Part shown: piece by piece, positions 50,900 through 62,962 of the stretch | Numbering within the stretch: the first letter of the stretch is position 1 | Layout of the letters: every line of letters starts with the position of its first letter | NCBI RefSeq assembly: GCF_006345805.1 | Contig: NC_043002.1 | Location: 83,080,001 to 83,144,000, forward strand | From: Octopus sinensis | Lineage: Eukaryota | Reading direction: 5' to 3' | Length of the DNA stretch: 64,000 nucleotides | The notes under the pieces: model-generated | Database searches by the model: none | The model's input: only the letters and a program-made list of their open reading frames with translations | Told to the model about the DNA's origin: nothing | Position numbers and translations under genes: made by a program

Positions 50900-51129
50900 A
50901 CTCGTCACACTAACCCTTCCTGCGAAAGAATTAAATAAAATTCCTTTGCAGAGGGGTAAAAACAAGGAATTTTTTTCTTTCCTTGTTTTTACCCCTCTGC
51001 CTAATATATCCTGGAAGGTAACTATTCACGTTCCTCTAGCTGCGCTGTCCGACGGGTAGAGGAATATGAACAGCTGGTAATATTCCATATGCGAAACACC
51101 CATCCTACTCTGCTCAAGACTCAGAATTT

Positions 51130-51538
51130 ACTTTTCTACTCTAGGCACAAGGCGCGAAATTTTTTTGGGAGGGTACCAGTCGTTTTACAACCACCCCTAA
51201 TAATGACTTTTTCATCGACCCCGAAAGGATTTAATGTAATATCGATTTCGACAGGATTTGAACTAAGTAGAAGTATCGTAATGCATTTTGTTCGATACTC
51301 TAACGATTCTGCCACCCCACCTCATTAGGGTTTCTAATTTCTGTACAATGCTAGTAATTTTGAGAAGGGGATTAGTTGATACCACCTTCCCCAGTACTCC
51401 AACTTGTACTTTATTTTATCGAGCGCGAAAGGATGAAGGGTAAAGTTGACATCGGCGGGATTAGAACGCATTTTGTAGTGGCATTGAAAGCGGGCCAAGC
51501 GGTCGAGTCAAACAAACAAACTTTTCGCATTTCAGTTT

Positions 51539-51583
<45 letters not shown>

Positions 51584-53600
51584 CATATATATGACGGGCT
51601 TCTTCCAGTTTCCGACTGCCAAATCCACTCACAAGGCTTTGGTCGGCCCGAGGCTATAGTAGAAGACACTTGCCCGCAGTGGGACTGAACCCGGAACCAT
51701 GTGGTTCATAAGCAAGCTACTTACCACTTCGTAAAATAAGTGCGCTTTATATACCTTATAATATTTTGTCATTTGTTTGATTACTAAGGCGGTGAGTTGA
51801 CAGAATCGTTACCATGCCGAACAAAATACTTAATGGCATTTTTTCCGGCTTTTTATGTTCTGAGTTCAAATCACGACCTTGCCTTTTTACTTTCATCTTT
51901 TCGGGGTCGATAAAATAAGTACTAGTTGAGCACAGGTAACGATGTAGTCGACTAGTCGCTCCTCAGCCAAAAATCCAGACTTTGTGCCTATAGTAGAAAG
52001 GATTGTTTTTTCATTTGTCTGGTCACTAAGGTGTTGAACTGGAAGAATCATTAACAGCGCCGAACAAAATACTTGGTAGCATTTCTTCCGGCTCTTTGCG
52101 TTCTGATTGCAAATGCCGCCGAGATCGACTTTGCCTTTCATCATTTCGGATTCGATAAAATAAGTACCAGTTGAGCGCAGGGATCATTGTAATCGACTGC
52201 CCCCTCCTCTCAAAATTGCAGGCCTTGCACTAAAATTTAAAAAAAAAACTTGTTTAGCAGTGAAGGCGGGAAGCTGGCAGAATCGTTAGAACTTCAGACG
52301 AAACAATTAGCTTTTTTTTTTTTTAACGTTCTGAGTTCAAATCCCACTGAGGTCAGCTTTTTCTTTCATTCTTTTGGGGTCGTTTAAACTTCTCCCGTCA
52401 AAACTAATGACCTTGTGTCTATTTTCAACCCATTTGCCTTGAGTCCTCAATTCCGGGCGGAGTCGTAGGGGCGCTGTAGTGACATAAAGCGCATCTTGGA
52501 TATTTTAGGGCCTGGTAGAGTCCATTTCTTTCCATGTCTCACCACAGCCAATTTCTCCCAAAAGGAGATAATGGAGAATCGCCACCAATACTTTGTTGGA
52601 TCTTTAATTATTGACCCAGACCGGATGAAAGACAATTCAATTCGGTGATATTCGAACTCAGAGAGCAAGTAACCAAAACCATTGCCGGAAGGTTATCTAT
52701 TTGACAGTCTAACGACTCTGTCAATTTATCAACCACCTTATTCTTTCTAATTTTGGTACAAGGCCAGGAATATTATTTTCTACTCTAGGCACAAGGCCCG
52801 AAATTTTTTGGGAGTGGGGCCAGTCGATTAGATCGACCTCACTACGCAACTGGTACCTAATTTATCGACCCCGAAAGGATGAAAGGTGAAGTCGACCTCG
52901 GTGGAATTTGAACTCAGAACATAAAGACAGACGAAATTCCGCTAAGCATTTCGTCCGGCGTGCTAACGATTCTGCCTGCTCGCCGCCTTGCAAGGCCAGG
53001 AATATTGAGAAGATATGGAGCTTGAGAATTACACCGAACCCAGACTTCGGCAGGATGAAGGGCAAAGTCGACCTCGGCAGGATTTGAACCCAAAAGCGTA
53101 AAGATCTGGAAGCAATGCTGCTAAGCATTTCGTCCGATGTGCACTAATGATTGTGCCAGCTCACCGCTTTAATTGTCTCAATTTTTGGCCTAAGGACAGT
53201 AATTTTAGGAGAGGGAATAAATCGATTACATCGACCTAAATGCTGATGAAAGGCACAGTTGACCACGGTAGGGTTTAAACTCAAAACGTAAAGGGCCGGA
53301 TGAAATGCTGCTATGCATTTGGTCCGGTGCACTAAGGGTTCTGCCAGCCGGCTACATTCAGCAACCATATTATTAAAACTTGATTGAAATTTTCGCAAAA
53401 ATTCAATAATTTTTGGGGAGGGAAGTTAGTCGATTACATCAATCCTAGTCTACAACGGGTACATATATTTTCGACCCTGAGAAGATGAAAGGTGAAGTCG
53501 ACCCTGGCGGAATTTGTAGTCAGAACGCAAAGACGGACGGAAAGTCGCTAAGCATTTTGGCCGGGCGTGCTAATGTTTCTGCCAGATCACAGCCTTCATT
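51130..53600. mobile_element. Dense cluster of about 10 diverged SINE family B copies plus one family A fragment (51591-51728)
   Basis: Repeated GAGTTCAAAT B-box, GTCGACTTTGCCTTTCATCCTTTCGGGGTCGAT and CCTTGTGCC motifs in both orientations. Confidence 0.85.
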
Positions 53601-54248
53601 TTATATAAAAAATATATTGATATAAATATAAAACCACGAAGGTTTAATAGTACATTGTTACGTGGTATTGTTTTTCTTAATTGAAGGTAGGTATGGTTAA
53701 TTCATTAGATTTTCTGTACCCACTCGTTTTGACAGAGGTGGGGTAAAAAATGTGCGTAAACGGAACTTTGCGGTCAACAAATTTGATTGAATAAATTCTC
53801 CACTTTTACTGATTTGCTTATGCTAATGATTTCCTTTTTAGTAGTAATAGCTGTATTAGCAATACTAGTAGTAGTATAATTGTTACGAGTTGCTGCAACT
53901 GTTGAAAATGCTCTATTACTGATGGTTGCGATATTATATATATATATATATAAATTTATATTAGTGGTTAGGCAAGTTACACGTGAGTTTAAAAGTTTCG
54001 ATCTGACGAATCATTTTAAAACATGAATTAACGTGAGAGAAACGGCTGGATAAAGCTTTAATAATTTCTATATTCTTTTTGTTTCACCCTTCTAAAGCTT
54101 CCGGTTGACAACGAAAAGTTCAAAATTATCTACGACGAAAACAAATAAGAGGAAAAACAAACACAAATATTCATACAGACGCAGACAAGGAAAGCCTGGA
54201 GGAAAAACGTCTGCTGCTTTAGCTGTTAGTAATTCTTTCCTAACCAGC

Positions 54249-54306
54249 ATGACATGTCTTGCGACAGTCCTCTGCTTATCACTGCTGCTAACAACAGCCT
54301 GTACAG
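54249..54306 (+). CDS. Probable first coding exon of a host gene for a secreted or membrane protein (signal peptide MTCLATVLCLSLLLTTACT, phase-1 intron)
   Basis: ACCAGCATG start, hydrophobic h-region with small residues near a cleavage site, perfect donor CAG|GTAAG after 19 codons + 1 nt, in non-repetitive sequence. Confidence 0.6.
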
Positions 54307-54989
54307 GTAAGCCAGGACACTTAATTCTGTTTTGTCTTTTTACAACTATTCATATATATCGCAAATCTGTTTTTTTTTTTTTTCTTTCTTAACGTTTTTG
54401 CTGGCTTTTATAATTTCAAATGTGTTACCGTTCGCTTTTATTATTATTATTTTTTTTTTTACGCGTTTTACGCGGGTTTTATTACGGAAAGCCCTTCTAA
54501 TAAAGAGTGTGCAATATTATTTTGAACGAATGTAAGTGCATGCCACACACTGTTTTTACTATCACCTCGGAATCAATAAACACACACACAATATCGGGTT
54601 TAACAAGCACGAAACGTTAATTATATCGAGATAGTTTATTAAGCGCTTAAATTTCCTTTCTTTATATATCGAATATAACCGATTTTATTTACCTGCCTTC
54701 TGAACTTTTAGTAAATTACTTTAATGTTAATTATAATGATCACTCGAATTATTATTACAACAAATGTTATGAATGTTGAGACTTTTCCGTAACCGTAAAA
54801 TTATTTTCTTTCTGTGGTTCAGTTAAATTTTATTAAATGCGACTCGTATCGTACGACTTGGAGCATGGACGGAAAAATAAAGTATGAAGTCGGTTAATGT
54901 CATTTATGCCAGTTGCATTATTTTCTATCCTATCATTTCTCTGGTTACTGTCTCTTTTGATTGTCTCTGGTGGTGGTAGCGGTTTTTCT

Positions 54990-55400
54990 GAGCTAGCAGA
55001 AACGTTAGCACGTCGGGCGAAATGCTTAGCAGTATTTCGTCTGCTGTTACGTCGTGAGTTCAAATTCCGCCGAGGTCGACTTTACCTTTCATCCTTTCGG
55101 GGTCGATAAATTAAGTACCAGTTACGCACTGGGGTCGATGTAATCGACTTAATACCTATGTCTGTCCTTGTTTGTCCCCTCTGTGTTTAGCCCCTTGTGG
55201 GTAATAAAGAAATAAGTATTTCGTCTGCCGCTACGTTCTGAGTTCAAATTCCGCCGAGGTCGACTTTACCTTTCATCATTTCGGGGTCGATAAATTAAGT
55301 ACCAGTTATGCACTGGGGTCGATGTAATCGACTTAATACCTATGTTTGTCCTTGTTTGTCCCCTCTATGTTTAGCCCCTTGAGGGTAGTAAAGAAATAGG
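54990..55400 (+). mobile_element. SINE family B long-tail tandem/nested pair
   Basis: AGTATTTCGTCTGC duplicated at 55031-55044 and 55215-55228, immediately after the tail TAATAAAGAAATA. Confidence 0.9.
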
Positions 55401-55458
55401 TATTTCTGTGCGTATTGTTGTTGCCAGTATTGCGTGTTGGTTTGCGTGTTTTCGTCTT

Positions 55459-55656
55459 TACTCTTTTACTTGTTTGTCATGCGACTGTGGCCATGCTGGA
55501 GCACAGCCTTTAGTCGACCAAATCGACCCCCAGGACTAATTCTTTATAAGCCTAGTACTTATTCTATCGGTTCCTTTTTGCCGAACCGCTAAGTTACTGG
55601 GACGTAAACACACCAGCATCGGTTGTCAAGCGATGTTGAGGGAAGGACACACACAC

Positions 55657-55722
<66 letters not shown>

Positions 55723-55855
55723 GCTTCTTTCTGTTTTCGTCTACCAAATCCACTCACAAGGCTTTGGTCGGCCCGAGGCTATAGTAGAAGACACTTGCCC
55801 AAGGTGCCATGCAGTGGGACTGAACCTGGAACCGTGTGGTTCGTAAGAAAGCTAC
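55459..55855 (-). mobile_element. SINE family A
   Basis: Family consensus match. Confidence 0.88.
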
Positions 55856-56546
55856 TATGTATTAAATATGTAATAATTATATATTATACAGTTTGTGTTT
55901 TTGTTATGCGCACAATCCCCCAATCCATGGAAACATTCTCTTGCATGAAACAGGTCAGCGGTGCCCAAAAGAGGATGGGGACAGCTGGTCTAGAGAAGCC
56001 TGTCGTGTGTGTGTGTGTGTGTGATTTACGCTTAAATTTAAAAAAAAATTTTTGTCAGGGGGGTAGGTACTACCCACGAGTATCCGTGACTGGTGGGAGA
56101 GCAGGAGGAAAATATTCTGAAAGCGGAAACCTGGCAACAGAGTGAACTCCGCTAATTGCACCCTAGGTGGTGGCGGTGGTGTTAAATCGAACAGAGTTAG
56201 GTCCGCCGACCTAACTAGGCCATAGCTGAATTTGAACTCGGAACGTAAAGTTTAGGAACAAATACTGTAAGGCATCTAGCCCGTTATTCTTAGAGTACTG
56301 CCAATTCTTGTATTTTTTTTTTTCATCGATTCGAAAGAATGAAAGGTAAAGTTGATCCCGACAGGATATGAACCCGGACAGCAAAAAGCTAGAACAAATA
56401 AGCAGATCATTTTTTCTGATGCGCTGACAACTCGGTCAATTTTCTTCATTTATGCTATGTCCTTTATTTTTATTTCCTGTAAAATAGCAGTTTGGCAAGT
56501 AGAGATCGATAAAATAAGTAGCTGACAGAAATTACTGGGGTTACTG

Positions 56547-56699
56547 CAGGGGCGAACTGTGCCGTCGGTCAATCGGACACTGCCCAAGGGACCGGAGCGT
56601 GGGGGGGGGCAGTACTCTAAATGTAAACCCTAAATCAATGCTAAGGGGCCCGGTAAACAGTTATGCCCGAGGGCCCTTAATACTCTCAGTCCGCCCCTG
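56547..56699. mobile_element. 153-bp hAT-type MITE
   Basis: TIR CAGGGGCGAACTG / CAGTCCGCCCCTG. 8-bp TSD GGTTACTG / GGTCACTA (6 of 8 match). Confidence 0.8.
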
Positions 56700-57249
56700 G
56701 GTCACTATGATCAATTCCTGAGTGTGGTATCCCAACATGTCCGCATTCAAGTGAAAGAAACCATTAAAGGATTTAATGTTACATCAAAAGATATGTTCTT
56801 GTTTCGCCTCTAACCATGAAGAAATATGATGAAAGGCATTCCAGTCGCGACCATCTCATTTTATAATCATGTGCAAGGAAGCCCAGACCACTTATCTAAT
56901 TTGTCCTTTTCTAAGGTTGAGGGAACGTGATTTGAGGGAGATTTAGTTGCTGATTATACCCGGGTAGCTACACCGTGAGATTCATTACAGGATAGCAAGA
57001 ATGGGATGAGGTGAGGGGGGACTCGGGTTTGAAAGGAGTGCACAATTTCTTTTGGCTTATCGTACCTGTTAATTGAAGTGGGGTGGAGACCAAAAGTGTC
57101 TTTCCCTACGGTACTTGAGAACCTTTACCACGCCACGGATCGTTCATTAGTCGGTGACATATAAGAAGCCCAACAGCGTGTAACCGCGTAGGTTTGGCTT
57201 CTACAGGTGTTGCTTAAGGTTATATTTATCTGTGTATTTATTTGTATAC

Positions 57250-57650
57250 TCTTTACTCTTTTACTTATTTCAGTCATTTAACTGCGGCCATGCTGGAGCA
57301 CCGCCTTTAGTCGAGCAAATCGACCCCGGGACTTATTCTTTGTAAGCCCAGTACTTATTCTATCCGTCTCTTTTGCCGAACCGCTAAGTGACGGGGACGT
57401 AAACACACCAGCATCGGTTGTCAAGCAATGTTAGGGGGACAAACACACACACAAACACGCACATACATACATATATATACATATATACGACAGGCTTCTT
57501 TCACTTTACGTTTACCAAATCCACTCACAAGGCATTGGTCGGCCCGGGGGTATAGCAGAAGACACTTGCCCAAGGTGCCACGCAGTGGGACTGAACCCGG
57601 AACCATGTGGTTGGTTAGCAAGCTACTTACCACACAGCCACCCCTGCGCC
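57250..57650 (-). mobile_element. SINE family A
   Basis: Family consensus match. Confidence 0.9.
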
Positions 57651-57899
57651 TATGTTTATTTGTGTATTTATTTATTTGTCTGTTTATGTGTATTTATTTG
57701 TCTATCTGGCTGTCAGGCCTGCCTATCTGCCTTTATTTATCTAGGCGCAGGCAAGATAAACTTATCAGGCGAGATTTATTTATCTAGGCGCAGTCTTACT
57801 GCGCTGCAGAACAAATGTCTTCTACTATAATTCCGGATTGACGAATACTCTGAGCGAATCTTGTGAATATAAGTGGAAACTGTGTCAAAGCCCGTCATA

Positions 57900-58411
57900 T
57901 CTATATATATAAAACTGTAGTTGTGTGAGTGTCTGTTCCTTCGATTTAGATTTCTAACTACTCCCACATTTTGCGGTGCAGTTTAACCAAATTCGGGTAT
58001 CTTATAGTCGTGATTCATATCGAGCCCGTCTGAGTATTAGCGCGCGTCTACGATGAGTCTACGATTTTAAAAATAATTTAACATCATTTTTTATTCCATT
58101 TTAATGCATAATGTTTCGTGTGTCGATGGCGGCGGAGTTAGCGTCTATGGTCACACCTGCACCTGTTTGCTTCTCCCCCTTTTTCCCTCCCTCGTGAAGC
58201 TGTGGGGAAGGGAGTGTAAGGAAATCAACGTCGTAAAGCGTTGTCAAGGAGACCAGCGTTCTTTTAGAACAACGACTTCATGGCTTGAAGACACCAAAAC
58301 AGAAATGGCTAAGAAAGCCCGAATTGGCATCTATAAGGGAAGTAACTCTCTAAAAATGCTTATATAGTTATTTCCCTTACAAACCCGAGCATCGCCGGGC
58401 GATACTGCTAG
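57900..58411 (+). mobile_element. Non-autonomous Helitron
   Basis: A|TCTATATATATAAAA 5' end, 3' hairpin CCCGAGCATCGCCGGG, CTAG|T end, no TSD. Confidence 0.8.
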
Positions 58412-58437
58412 TATAATAATAAGAAGAAAAAGAATAA

Positions 58438-58773
58438 TAATCCTGGGATGGAATTTATAAATATTTACAGCATCGCTACGTGCGTTTCTACAAATCACAT
58501 GACTTAAGATCATAGTCCGTATTCCTGAGATGATTACAGCGTATTCCGTAGTATCCTTGGACATCCGGTTAGTCGATATAACATTGGTGGAGGAACCACT
58601 GTTATATCGTCTGAAGAAATAAATCAATGATGATGTTCTACCGGATGCCCAAGGACACTACGAACTATACTGTAACCATTCCAGGAATACGGACTCTGAT
58701 CTTAAAAGTCATATGATTTGTGGAAACGCACGTAGCGATGCTGTAAATATTTATAAATTCCATCCTAGGATTA
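58438..58773. mobile_element. ~335-bp fold-back MITE
   Basis: ~100-bp TIRs (ATCCTGGGATGGAATTTATAAATATTTACAGCATCGCTACGTGCG...) plus nested inner inverted repeats. Confidence 0.88.
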
Positions 58774-59040
58774 TTGTTATTATATTTATCCTACATTATA
58801 TCAGTATAACTTGATGCAACCCCGAAAAACTGGCTCACCAGTCAGCATCATAGACGGTGGCCGGCACAATGGAACGGGAACTTTATTTACATATTCAAAA
58901 CGTTACCATAAACAAATTTAAGATGTGTGTGTGTGTGTGTGTTTCTGTTTCTGTGTTTGTTCCCACAAACAAGTAAAAGATATCTATCTTAATTTATTTA
59001 TTTATTTGTCAAGTGGTGTTTCAAATACTCAGTTGAAGTT

Positions 59041-59403
59041 CGGCGCAGGAGTGGCTGTGTGGTAAGTAGCTTGCTAACGAACCACATGGTTCCGGGTTCA
59101 GTCCCACTGCGTGGCATCTTGGGCAAGTGTCTTCTGTTATACTACCGGGCCGACCAATGCCTTGTGAGTGGATTTGGTAGACGGAAACTGAAAGAAGCCT
59201 GTCGTATATATGTATATATATATATGTGTGTGTGTGTCTGTCCCCCTAGTGTTGCTTGACAACCGATGCTGGTGTGTTTACGTCCCCGTCACTTAGTGGT
59301 TCGGCAAAAGAGACCGATAGAATAAGTACTGGGCTTACAAAGAATAAAGGCGACTAAAGGCGGTACTCCAGCATGGCCGCAGTCAAATGACTGAAACAAG
59401 TAA
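59041..59403 (+). mobile_element. SINE family A, full length
   Basis: GGCGCAGGAGTGGCTGTGTGGTAAG head through to the tail. Confidence 0.92.
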
Positions 59404-59501
59404 GAAAAAAAAATATTAAAAAAAAGCTTGAAAAGAAAAATAAACAAAAAATAAAACAGACGTTTGAATAAAAAAAAATATGAAGTAAAATTTATTGTCT
59501 T

Positions 59502-60597
59502 CTAGAACTTTCCAAATGTGTTATATTTTGCATCCAAGCTGTCAGTAAATAATTTAGCAACTTCTTCACCACTAATCTTTTTCAAAACATCTCTATGAAC
59601 GTGGCATAGTAGAGTATGATTCAGCCTTTGCTGAGTCATGGTCGATTGCAGCCAAGTTTTGAGTCCCTGCAGAGCGCTAAAAGATCTTTCAGCTTCGCAA
59701 GAAATTGTTGGAAACATTAAAAGTATCCTGAGCAATCGCTCAACATTTGGAAACATGCGACGGACTTTTGGTCGCATTTCACAGAATATCCAAGAACGCA
59801 TTTGCCCGTAGAGAGATACGTAAGACTACCATTAGCTCTGGACGCAATGTTGGTGCCAAACTCATTTGTTGCCTCTTGTAAAGAAATGAGGACATCTGAA
59901 TAATTTTCAAGAATGGCTTTGACTGCAGAAAGTCGTGTTGGCCATCGAGTAGGGCACACAGGTTTTAAGGAGCGTGGTGACAATACTTCATTTTCCTCAT
60001 CATCTCTCTCTATATAAACGGCAGTTTGTCTGTGTGTTTCTGTGTGTCTGTTTGGTTGTACCCTCACCCTGACCACGGCTTTCAACCGATTCTGATGAAA
60101 CTTGACACACACATAGCCCAATGTCATAATTCAAAACTAACGCAGCGAAAATTTTGAAAAGTTCCCCCAGTTCTGAAAAAAATCGATAAATTCGACATGG
60201 CGTCGAGAATCAGAAACACAAACCACAGACTGTCTAGGGGACGCAACTCGACCTTTTTTAACTCTCAAAAAAAATTTTACCATCATTTTTTTCCATTTTT
60301 TTGCTATCTTTTGGCTATAACTCTCTAAAAATGCTTTATAGTTATTTCCCTTACAAACCTGAGCAACGCCGGGCGATACTGCTAGTGTTGTAATAAATAC
60401 ATGTGCTTAAATTTCCTTGATGTATTCGACAGTTTCCCAAAGTCATTCTCGTAATTGAGAGCATTTTTGATAAATGAAGCTTGTCGAACGCACTTAGCTA
60501 TGATAAGTTGAGGATTATGAGCACCGTAGTGCACGTAATGGGCCAGAGGCCGAACGTTCTTTATTTCTGCTTGACAACCAAGATGTTTACCTGCCAT
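59502..60597 (-). pseudogene. hAT-superfamily transposase remnant, interrupted by a Helitron
   Basis: AHYVHYGAHNPQL, LKPVCPTRW..RLSAVKAILENY and the dimerisation domain FPNVERLLRILLMFPTISCEAERSFSAL..LKTWLQSTMTQQRLN. Confidence 0.85.
60003..60385 (+). mobile_element. Non-autonomous Helitron (second family)
   Basis: A|TC...hairpin...CTAG|T. Removing it restores the hAT frame KHMYLLQH-DEENEVLSPRS. Confidence 0.9.
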
Positions 60598-60669
60598 ATT
60601 AGCTGCACCGTCATATGTCTAGCATTGAAGACCAGCTTTTTTTAATCTCATCAAGCACCAGCGCCTCTG

Positions 60670-60950
60670 TGTGAGCGCTTGCGCGCGTGAGTATGTCTGT
60701 GTGCATGTATGTATGTGTGTGTGTGTGAATGTGTGTGTGTGTGCGCGCGTGTGCGTGTGTGTGTGCGTGCATGTATGTGTGTGCGCGTGTGCATGTGTGT
60801 GCGTGTGTGTGTGTGTGCATGTGTGCGCGTGTGTGCATGTAAATGTGTGTGCATGTGCGCGCGCGCGTGCATGTGTGTGTGTGTGCGCGCGCTTGTGCAT
60901 ATGCGTGTGTGTGTGCATGCGTGTATGTGTGTACGTGCGTACATAAATAT
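60670..60950. repeat. Compound (GT)n/(GC)/(GCAT) microsatellite
   Basis: Direct reading. Confidence 0.9.
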
Positions 60951-61224
60951 ACACTTAGAATTTTCATCACCATTGCTTCCTTTTGTTTCTGTTAAAGTTG
61001 TTCTTGCAACTGTTGCCGTACTTGATGCTCACACTTTCATTTTCTTTCATTTCTTTCGTTTTTCTTTTATCTCCCTCGGGAATTCGTTGACAAGCTTCTT
61101 TCATTTGTTTTCTTCGTTTCTTTTAAATTTAAGGTACACCCTCGTATGTTTTTCCTCGACTGGCTTATGGGCCGCTTAAACTCATGGGCCTCAGGGCACC
61201 GCCCTAGCTGACACCCGCCTCTCA

Positions 61225-61277
<53 letters not shown>

Positions 61278-61287
61278 ATATATATAT

Positions 61288-61570
61288 GGAGGCCCAGTGG
61301 TTAGGGCAGCGGACTCGCGGTCGTAGGATCGCGGTTTCGATTCCCAGACCGGGCGTTGAGTGTTTATTGAGCGAAAACACCTAAAAAGCTCCACGAGGCT
61401 CCGGCAGGGAAGGGGGTGATCCCTGCTGCACTCTTTCACCACTCTTTCACCACTCTTTCTCCCGCTCTTTCTTCGGGGTGGCGTCATTCGAAGGCTAAAA
61501 CAATGCGAAGCGCATTGTGACCAGCGATGTGTAACATCCGATCGTCTTGTCGGTCACGTGATCACGTGAG
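61288..61570 (+). mobile_element. SINE family C (tail type 2)
   Basis: Head and core as at 24018; a different 3' module ends in GGTCACGTGATCACGTGA. Confidence 0.8.
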
Positions 61571-61819
61571 ATATATATATATGTATGTATAGTGTGTGTG
61601 TATGTGTGTTTGCAAATGGACTCTTCCCGATCGAATTATTTTCGAAAAAAAAACTTTCTTCTCAAAAAAAGAATATTTAAGATTTAACTCTACAACAAAT
61701 CGATGTCTGTTTTATATTATGAAGATATTTATATTAGTTCTTAAAATGTCCTAAATGTAAATTAATCCCATGAAAAAGTAACAAATCATAATTAATCCCA
61801 AGAAAAAGCAACAAAGCAT

Positions 61820-61873
<54 letters not shown>

Positions 61874-61892
61874 ACAAAGTGTACGTACGCCG

Positions 61893-61938
<46 letters not shown>

Positions 61939-62041
61939 CAAAATGGGACAAGAACGCAAAATATCCGGACAACTAGGTGATACAAAAGGGACAACAAAAC
62001 ATCCAGATAGACGATACAAAAAACACGGATGGGTCATTTGA

Positions 62042-62115
62042 AGCCTTTTATCTTCAGTCAAGATAATTGACTGAAGATCATCCTCGCAATTTCGGCTGAT
62101 TAATCTTGAGATTGC
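62042..62115 (-). ncRNA. Candidate non-circularly permuted hammerhead ribozyme, family H2
   Basis: GCAAT-C-TCAAGAT-taatc-AGCC-GAAA-TTGC-linker-ATCTTGA-CTGAAGA-taaaa-GGCT. Confidence 0.6.
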
Positions 62116-62730
62116 TCTAATATGGCCAGCCCCAAGGAAAAGCTAAGCTAAGAGCATTAGATTCCTTGGAAAAAAGCATCGAATGTATACGAAACAAGGA
62201 CGGAAAAACAGACGATGTTACACGAATATAAATACAAAAAAAAAAACAATATTAATAACAGGACATAACAGCAGGCGTCTTTCGATTGGGGACGAATTGA
62301 ATTCAGCTGGCGTGTGTGAAAATGAAGCCTTACGGCAGAGGGAAGAATATCGATGTGGCAGTGACCATGGTCAGACGCAAAAAGGGCTAGCAGTCGGCCA
62401 ATGGTCACGTGAGAAGAGAATTGCCAAGCTAATATGGCAGTCCAGAAATATAGGACGAATGCTGCCGTTGATTACCTCCAAGAGGCCATCGCCTCTAGCT
62501 AGCTATGTGACACACGAACCTGTGTCCTTTATAACTTTCGAACAGGGGAAGCCAGCCGCTTCCCCTTGCTGGTCAGGCATTTGCAGACTAGTTTCAGGGT
62601 ATTTGCCCATTTTCAATGTAGAGCAACCGAACCCATGCGTGTGCAGTAAAAGCTCACTTGAAAAAGGTGATGGATTTTGTAAGTGTCGTGATCAATGTAA
62701 ATGTTTGAGACGTTAACAATTACGGATATG

Positions 62731-62962
62731 AAGGCGGCGAGCTGGCAGAAACGTTAGCACACCGGGCGAAATGCGTAGCTGTATTTTGTCTGCCGTTACG
62801 TTCTGAGTTCAAATTCCGCCGAGGTCGACTTTGCCTTTCATCCTTTCGGGGTCGATAAATTAAGTACCAGTTACGCACTGGGGTCGATGTAATCGACTTA
62901 ATCCGTTTGTCTGTCCTTGTTCGTCTCCTCTATGTTCAGACCCTTGTGGGTAATAAAGAAAC
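62731..62962 (+). mobile_element. SINE family B, full length with long tail
   Basis: AAGGCGGCGAGCTGGCAGAAACG head to CCCTTGTGGGTAATAAAGAAA tail. Confidence 0.92.
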
